Origin: Candidatus Hydrogenedentota bacterium
GTDB taxonomy: Bacteria > Hydrogenedentota > Hydrogenedentia > Hydrogenedentales > JAGMZX01
Length of the DNA: 64,000 nt
Direction: 5' to 3'
NCBI GenBank assembly: GCA_018005585.1
Contig: JAGMZX010000007.1
Span: forward strand, 8,559 to 72,558
The translations under genes were made by a program, and so were the position numbers. Numbering within the stretch: position 1 is the first letter of the stretch; the number at the start of each line of letters is the position of its first letter. The notes beneath the pieces were generated by a model, which worked only from the letters and a program-made list of their open reading frames with translations, was not told where the DNA came from and searched no databases. Positions 58,575 to 64,000 of the stretch are shown piece after piece.

Positions 58575-59537
58575 TCACACCGCTTCAATGGTTGACGGCG
58601 GTTTCGCGGCGATGTTGTACGTCACGCTGACGACGCCCGGCACTTGTGAAGTAATCTCGCGCGCAAGCTCTTCGAGCACGTCGAAGGAAAGCCGCGCTGG
58701 GGAGGCCGTCCGCGCATCCACGCTGTTCCAGCAGCGCACCTCAATCTGGTGTCCGAATTCGCGCTTGCCGTCGCGCATGCCGGTGACCCGGTCCTCGTGC
58801 AGGATCGCCAGGTACTGGAATGTGCCGCTGTTCTTGAGCAGGCGTTCGACGACCGCGGTTGCCTGCCGTACGGTCGCGATGCGCTCCGGATTTACCTCGC
58901 CGATTACGCGCGCGGCCAGCGCCGGGCCGGGGAACGGGATGCGGTCGAACAGTTCAGGGGGCAGGCCGAGGGCCTGGCCCAGTTTACGGACGCCGTCCTT
59001 GCGCAATTGAATGAGGGGCTCGATGATGCGGTAGCCGAACGCCCGCTCCGGGTCGATGCCAAGCTGCGCGAAGACGTTGTGTTGGCGCTTGATCCCGGCG
59101 ACGGTTTCATCGACATCAGTCAGGATGGTCCCTTGCAGGAGGCATTTTGCGCCGCTTTCCCGCACGATTTTGCCGAAGACCTTCTTGTAGAATGTCTGCG
59201 TGATGGCTTCCCGCTTTTCCTCGGGGTCGGTGACGCCTTTCAGCGCTCCGAAAAAGTCGTTGCGCGCGTCGACCACTTCCACGTGAACGCCCAGGTCCCG
59301 GAACCAGCCCGCTACCTGCTGGGATTCGCCCTCGCGCATGATGCCGTTCTCGATGAACACCGTCCGTAGGCGATCTCCCAGTGCCCGGTGACCGAGCATT
59401 GTGACGGTCGACGAATCGACGCCCCCTGACAAGGCATTAATGGCGATAGTGTCTCCGGCAGCGGCGCAGATCTCCTCTATTTTTTGGCCGATGAACAGTT
59501 CCGTGTTCAGATTCTGGGCGGTAATCTCCTGAATCAT
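58575..59537 (-). CDS. guaA: GMP synthase ATP-pyrophosphatase subunit (stand-alone GuaA C-terminal/PP-loop domain, archaeal GuaAB-like)
   Basis: PP-loop ALSGGVDSS; GMP synthase C-domain similarity through the dimerisation region; 320 aa starting directly with the ATP-PPase domain, no glutamine amidotransferase domain. Confidence 0.8.
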   Translation of the reverse strand: MIQEITAQNLNTELFIGQKIEEICAAAGDTIAINALSGGVDSSTVTMLGHRALGDRLRTVFIENGIMREGESQQVAGWFRDLGVHVEVVDARNDFFGALKGVTDPEEKREAITQTFYKKVFGKIVRESGAKCLLQGTILTDVDETVAGIKRQHNVFAQLGIDPERAFGYRIIEPLIQLRKDGVRKLGQALGLPPELFDRIPFPGPALAARVIGEVNPERIATVRQATAVVERLLKNSGTFQYLAILHEDRVTGMRDGKREFGHQIEVRCWNSVDARTASPARLSFDVLEELAREITSQVPGVVSVTYNIAAKPPSTIEAV

Positions 59538-59747
59538 GGCGTTTCTTCCTTTTCTTGGCTCCCCGGTTCTGGAATCTTGGCATGACTTTGCGCGCGATGG
59601 TAACAGATGTTCGCGTCAGACTCGAATGCGTCCTGTAATTTAGAATAGATAGCTCAGGTATTTAAAAAAACAGTACGGGGGCATTGACTGCCCGATGAGG
59701 ATCGCTTTAGACTCGCGCCCGTCCAACCGTAAGGAGGCGGGAATCAG

Positions 59748-61274
59748 ATGACGACGGGGCAGAAAGCCGCATTCGACGTCGAAAAGTATCTTGAGGAACA
59801 GACCGCGGAAATCCTGAGACGAATCCAGCGGTTCGACAACAAACTTTACCTGGAATTTGGCGGGAAGCTGATCTTCGATTATCACGCCGCGCGTGTGTTG
59901 CCGGGCTTTGACCCCAACGTCAAGATGCGCTTGCTGCAGAAGATTCGGGACAGCATCGAGATCATCCTGTGCATTTACGCGGGCGATATTGACCGCAAGA
60001 AGATCCGGGCGGATTTTGGCATCACCTACGACGTGGACGTGCTCAAACTGATCGATGACCTGCGGCGGGACTGGGGGCTGGAAATCACGGCTGTCGTAAT
60101 CACGCGGTATGAGGACCAGCCTTCGGCGCTGCTGTTCAAGAACAAGCTCGAACGGCGGGGATTGAAGGTCTACACCCATCGTGCGACGAAGGGGTACCCT
60201 ACAGACGTGGACCTTATTGTCAGCGGGGAAGGGTACGGGCGCAACACGTACATTGAAACGACGCATCCGCTCGTGGTGGTGACGGGACCCGGTCCCGGCA
60301 GCGGCAAGCTGGGCACGTGCCTTTCGCAGCTCTATCACGAATACGAGCGGGGCGTGCGGGCCGGATACGCCAAGTTCGAGACATTCCCCATCTGGAACCT
60401 GCCGCTGAAACATCCGGTGAACGTGGCGTACGAGGCGGCTACGGCGGACCTGAAGGATGTGAACGTCATCGACCCGTTCCATCTCGAGGCGTATGGCGAA
60501 ACCTCGGTCAACTATAACCGGGATGTTGAGGCGTTTCCGTTGCTGAGGCGGATTCTGGGAAAGATCACAGGCGAGAAACCGTTCTATCGTTCGCCGACCG
60601 ACATGGGGGTGAACCGGGTGGGATTCGGCATAGTGGATGAGGATGCCGTGGCCGAAGCCGCGAAGCAGGAAGTAATCCGGCGCGTGCTGCGCTACCGGTG
60701 CGAATACATGATGGGCCTTGTGGACCGGGAGACGGTGGAGCGGGTTGAACTCATCATGAACGAACTGGGTGCGCAGGTGGAGGACCGGCGGGTGGTCCGG
60801 CCGGCGCGGGAGGCGGCGGAACGGGGGCAACGGAACCATAAAGGCCACGAAGGCGTCTACTGCGGCACGGCCATCGAACTCAAGGACGGCACCATTATCA
60901 CGGGCAATAATTCGCCGCTGATGCATGCCGCGACCAGCGCCGTACTCAACGCGATCAAGTATCTCGCCGGCATTCCTGACAAGATCCACCTGATTTCGCC
61001 CGGGATTCTCGAGGCTATTGGCGACATGAAGCGCGACATGAGGGACGGCAAGAGCATCAGCCTCGACCTGGAAGAGGCGTTGATTGCCGTGGGAGCATCG
61101 ATCCCGTTGAACAGCGCGACGAAACTGGCGATTGAACAGCTGAAGAACCTTCAGGGGTGTGACATGCACATGACGCATATCCCGACTCCGGGGGATGAGG
61201 CGGGGCTGCGGACCCTCGGCGTCAATCTCACCAGCGATTCGCTGTTTTCAACGGAGAGCCTGTACATTACCTGA
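59748..61274 (+). CDS. DUF1846 (UPF0371) family conserved protein
   Basis: 508 aa conserved-hypothetical pattern; TAAGGAGG Shine-Dalgarno 10 nt upstream of the ATG. Confidence 0.7.
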   Translation: MTTGQKAAFDVEKYLEEQTAEILRRIQRFDNKLYLEFGGKLIFDYHAARVLPGFDPNVKMRLLQKIRDSIEIILCIYAGDIDRKKIRADFGITYDVDVLKLIDDLRRDWGLEITAVVITRYEDQPSALLFKNKLERRGLKVYTHRATKGYPTDVDLIVSGEGYGRNTYIETTHPLVVVTGPGPGSGKLGTCLSQLYHEYERGVRAGYAKFETFPIWNLPLKHPVNVAYEAATADLKDVNVIDPFHLEAYGETSVNYNRDVEAFPLLRRILGKITGEKPFYRSPTDMGVNRVGFGIVDEDAVAEAAKQEVIRRVLRYRCEYMMGLVDRETVERVELIMNELGAQVEDRRVVRPAREAAERGQRNHKGHEGVYCGTAIELKDGTIITGNNSPLMHAATSAVLNAIKYLAGIPDKIHLISPGILEAIGDMKRDMRDGKSISLDLEEALIAVGASIPLNSATKLAIEQLKNLQGCDMHMTHIPTPGDEAGLRTLGVNLTSDSLFSTESLYIT

Positions 61275-61489
61275 CGGGCCGCGGAAGGCTGGTCTGGTTC
61301 CGTTATTGCCCGGCTTGGGGAGCCTGTGGACTTCCGGGTGGCTTCTATTCGCCTCTGCGTGGAAGCGTAGGGGCAGGAATCAGACACATCGGCAAGGGGC
61401 ATACAGGGGCGGCAGTCAGCGGAAGGAAGCTCCAGATTTCGCGATTTTCCCACGACGCGCAACGGTAGGCGAAAGCCGGAAAAGAGATC

Positions 61490-61541
61490 TTGACAAAAAG
61501 GTCCGAAATACGGTAGAGTTCTGGACAAAGAGGTCCAAAAT
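61490..61541 (+). promoter_or_regulatory. Candidate sigma70-type promoter (TTGACA-18-TAGAGT) plus two 19-bp direct repeats upstream of the Rrf2 gene
   Basis: TTGACA at 61490-61495, TAGAGT at 61514-61519; direct repeats ttgacaaaaaggtccgaaa (61490-61508) and tggacaaagaggtccaaaa (61522-61540), 16/19 identical, the second overlapping the RBS/start. Confidence 0.3.
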
Positions 61542-61953
61542 GATTTCCACGACATCGGAATATGCGCTGCGGGCCCTGATTGAACTGGCCCATCTGGAAG
61601 ACGGCCAAATCGTGGCCGGCAAGGCGCTTTCCGACGCCGCGGGGATACCAGCGCAGTATCTCTCGAAGATTCTGGCCTCCCTGGGACGGGCGGGAATCAT
61701 CGACGCGACGCGGGGTTTGCGCGGCGGATACGGTCTGGCGAAACCGGCAAAGGAAATTCTGCTTATCGACGTCATTGAGGTATTTGAGGGCGTGCGCTCC
61801 CGTCCCGCTTGCATCCTGGACAAGAACCGCCAGTGTGACAACAGCAATCCGTGTCCGGCGCATGACCGCTTCCAGAGGGCACGGCAGAGTTACTTGAAGT
61901 TTCTCGAAGAAACCTCGATAGCGGCTATTGCGAAGCGGAGGACAACCCATTGA
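61540..61953 (+). CDS. Rrf2-family transcriptional regulator, NsrR/IscR-like (three-Cys cluster ligands)
   Basis: Rrf2 wHTH (TSEYALRALIELA...GKALSDAAGIPAQYLSKILASLGRAGII) and C-x7-C-x5-C (CILDKNRQCDNSNPC), matching the NsrR cysteine spacing. Confidence 0.8.
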   Translation: MISTTSEYALRALIELAHLEDGQIVAGKALSDAAGIPAQYLSKILASLGRAGIIDATRGLRGGYGLAKPAKEILLIDVIEVFEGVRSRPACILDKNRQCDNSNPCPAHDRFQRARQSYLKFLEETSIAAIAKRRTTH

Positions 61954-61997
61954 AGGCGCAGGATTCAGGGCTCAGAATTCAGGACTTGGGGCGTCGA

Positions 61998-62867
61998 ATG
62001 CGGGGGAGAAGCACCGCATGCGCGGCCTCGAAGAGCCAGGCACGCCTTCTGGCGTGCTTGGGGTTACTGGCGGCTCTGCTGACTGCGGCCGCGGGCGGTC
62101 AGGAGACGGCGGCGTTCTTCAAAGCGAACTGCGCGAGTTGTCACACGGTCGGCGGCGGGCGGCTGACCGGCCCGGACCTGAAAGACGTCACGCAGCGGAA
62201 GGACCGTGAGTGGTTGCGGAGCTTTGTCCTGAATCCTCAGGCCAAGATCAACTCGGGCGACCCATACGCGCTGCAACTCCTGAATGACGCACGCGGCGTG
62301 GTCATGCCGCAGGTTGCCGGGCTTACGCCGGAGCGCGTGGATTTTCTCCTGGACTTGCTCGAAGCAGAATCCGCTCTTCCGGAGTCGCAGTTCAAGGGGC
62401 AACAGGTCTCGACGGCGGCGTTCACGCCTGCGGACATTTCGCGCGGCCTCGATATCTTTACCGGCCGGCAGCGGTTGGCGGGGGGCGGACCCATGTGCAT
62501 TTCCTGCCACACGCTGCCCGGGACCGGCGGGCTTGGCGGCGGTTTCATAGGGCCTGACCTGACTCTGGTTTACGAACGGCTGCAAGGGCGCGCGGCGCTG
62601 AGCGCGTGGCTTCAGTCCCCTGCGACGCCCACGATGCAATCGGTACTGCGCGCCGCGCCACTGCAACCCGACGAGATACAGGCTCTGGTGGGGCTGTTCG
62701 AGGACCGCGCAAAACAAGGCGCGCCCGTGCAGGCGGGCGTGACGCAATTGACGTTTTCGCTCTTGGGGCTCGGGTTGGCCGCCTTGATGCTGGTGCTGTT
62801 TGACGTGTTCTGGAAGGGGCGTTTCCGTTCGGTACGGCGGGCCCTGGTGGAAGCATCGAAACTGTGA
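61998..62867 (+). CDS. Dihaem c-type cytochrome (secreted/membrane-tethered)
   Basis: Two CxxCH haem-binding motifs (CASCH, CISCH); signal peptide after MRGRSTACAAS; C-terminal TM helix (LGLGLAALMLVLF); alternative TTG start at 61950. Confidence 0.75.
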   Translation: MRGRSTACAASKSQARLLACLGLLAALLTAAAGGQETAAFFKANCASCHTVGGGRLTGPDLKDVTQRKDREWLRSFVLNPQAKINSGDPYALQLLNDARGVVMPQVAGLTPERVDFLLDLLEAESALPESQFKGQQVSTAAFTPADISRGLDIFTGRQRLAGGGPMCISCHTLPGTGGLGGGFIGPDLTLVYERLQGRAALSAWLQSPATPTMQSVLRAAPLQPDEIQALVGLFEDRAKQGAPVQAGVTQLTFSLLGLGLAALMLVLFDVFWKGRFRSVRRALVEASKL

Positions 62868-62876
62868 GGCGCTCTC

Positions 62877-64000
62877 ATGAAAGTACGCAACGCGATACAT
62901 TGGATAAAAGACGAATGCGACCCGAAGCTGCGCGGCTGGGAAGAGTTTTACCGGAACCGCTGGCAGCACGACAAGGTCGTGCGCAGCACGCATGGCGTGA
63001 ACTGCACCGGCGGGTGCAGCTGGGCGATCTACGTAAAAGAGGGCATAGTCACGTGGGAAATGCAGCAGCTCGACTACCCCGAATTGCAGGCCGGCATACC
63101 GCCGTATGAACCTCGCGGCTGCCAGCGCGGCATCTCGTATTCGTGGTATCTCTACAGCCCGCTGCGCGTGAAATATCCGTACATTCGGGGCGCCCTGCTC
63201 GACCTCTGGCGCACGGCCCGGGCGGAATTCGAGGACCCGGTCGATGCGTGGACCTCGCTCGTCGAGAACCCGGCGGCACGGTCGCGCTGGCAGGTTGCCC
63301 GTGGCAAAGGCGGGTTCCGCCGCACGACGTGGGACACGGTCCTTGAGATTATGGCGGCGGCGAACATCCACACGATCAAGAAGCACGGGCCGGATCGCAT
63401 AGCGGGCTTTTCGCCAATTCCGGCGATGTCGATGATCAGCTACGCCGCCGGCGCGCGGCTCATGCAGTTGATGGGGGGCATCTCGTTATCCTTCTACGAC
63501 TGGTATTGCGACCTGCCCTGTGCATCCCCGGAAACCTGGGGCGAGCAGACAGACGTGCACGAGTCGGCGGACTGGTACAACGCGAAGTTGCTCGCCGTTA
63601 TGGGCTCGAATTTAAACATGACACGCACGCCCGACTGTCATTTTGCCGCTGAATCGCGCCACAACGGAACCAAAATGTGGGTGTTCGCGCCGGATTTCAA
63701 CCAGGTGGCCAAATACGCGGACGAGTGGGTTTCGTTGAACGCGGGACAGGACGGCGCGTGGTGGATGGCCGTAAACCATGTCATTCTCAAAGAATTCCAC
63801 CAGGAGCGGCAGACCCCCTATTTCATCGACTATACGAAGCGTTATACGGACGCGCCGTTGCTCGTTGAGTTGCACCCGACGGAGGAGGCGGACGTGTACC
63901 GGCCCGGCCAGTTGTTGCGGGCGAACCGCCTCAGCGGGTACGCGGGCGTCGAGAACGGCGACTGGAAGTTCCTCATGTGGGATGAAACGGAGAACCGGCC
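62877..64000 (+). CDS. narG: Respiratory nitrate reductase alpha subunit (NarG-type molybdopterin oxidoreductase), 5' partial, continues beyond the window
   Basis: Near-collinear NarG N-terminus ([24 protein letters not shown]0 ligand motif, [76 protein letters not shown]); no Tat signal; not in the supplied ORF list because it runs off the end. Confidence 0.85.
   Translation, partial: MKVRNAIHWIKDECDPKLRGWEEFYRNRWQHDKVVRSTHGVNCTGGCSWAIYVKEGIVTWEMQQLDYPELQAGIPPYEPRGCQRGISYSWYLYSPLRVKYPYIRGALLDLWRTARAEFEDPVDAWTSLVENPAARSRWQVARGKGGFRRTTWDTVLEIMAAANIHTIKKHGPDRIAGFSPIPAMSMISYAAGARLMQLMGGISLSFYDWYCDLPCASPETWGEQTDVHESADWYNAKLLAVMGSNLNMTRTPDCHFAAESRHNGTKMWVFAPDFNQVAKYADEWVSLNAGQDGAWWMAVNHVILKEFHQERQTPYFIDYTKRYTDAPLLVELHPTEEADVYRPGQLLRANRLSGYAGVENGDWKFLMWDETENR

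Noticed and set aside
53006-63386. ORFs 53006..54391 (-), 57145..58128 (-), 59640..61178 (-) and 62064..63386 (-)
   Set aside because: Antisense to ctpA, hslU, the DUF1846 gene and cytochrome c/narG respectively; no coherent domains.
1-64000. CRISPR arrays, IS elements/transposases, integrases and rRNA genes
   Set aside because: No spaced direct repeats, no transposase or integrase-like ORFs, no terminal inverted repeats and no rRNA-like conserved stretches were seen; GC content and codon bias are uniform apart from short AT-rich promoter patches, giving no sign of a horizontally acquired island boundary.

Overview
High-GC (about 65%) chromosomal segment, gene-dense on both strands, with strong third-position GC bias; I infer a Planctomycetes/Verrucomicrobia-type organism from a DUF1559 H-X9-DG prepilin-like protein, a Tat-signal sulfatase and a BNR sialidase-like protein. 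I found no rRNA, tRNA, CRISPR array, transposase or integrase by eye. Main blocks, in order: (1) sulfatase, dinB with a LexA-like box, and an HGSNAT-like acyltransferase; (2) TlpA-like thioredoxin and two MFS transporters; (3) a long minus-strand arsenic locus (arsR-arsP-trx-DGC-trx-ccdA-Tat flavoprotein-CxxC lipoprotein-arsC-arsM-acr3) carrying an unusual envelope thiol-redox module; (4) a two-gene module of a zinc-ribbon/SPFH/coiled-coil protein and a zinc-ribbon/double-FHA protein; (5) comEA, a hybrid histidine kinase and a bacilliredoxin-like CGC protein; (6) trpS, an iron-chelate-type ABC importer, an MsbA-like exporter and aat; (7) an 11-gene minus-strand glycan locus (GT4, heparinase II/III-like, WecA-like, GT1, alpha/alpha-toroid protein, zinc ribbon, heptosyltransferase, ATP-grasp) with a divergent plus-strand set (prenyltransferase-like protein, formyltransferase, a 981-aa Wzy_C O-antigen-ligase/TPR fusion, TPR protein); (8) housekeeping genes ctpA-rph-rdgB-tsaC-rpiB-hslU, a stand-alone GMP synthase ATP-PPase subunit and a DUF1846 gene; (9) an Rrf2 (NsrR-like) regulator, a dihaem cytochrome c and the start of narG. 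Many apparent long ORFs are antisense or alternate-frame artefacts of the high GC content and are listed as rejected.
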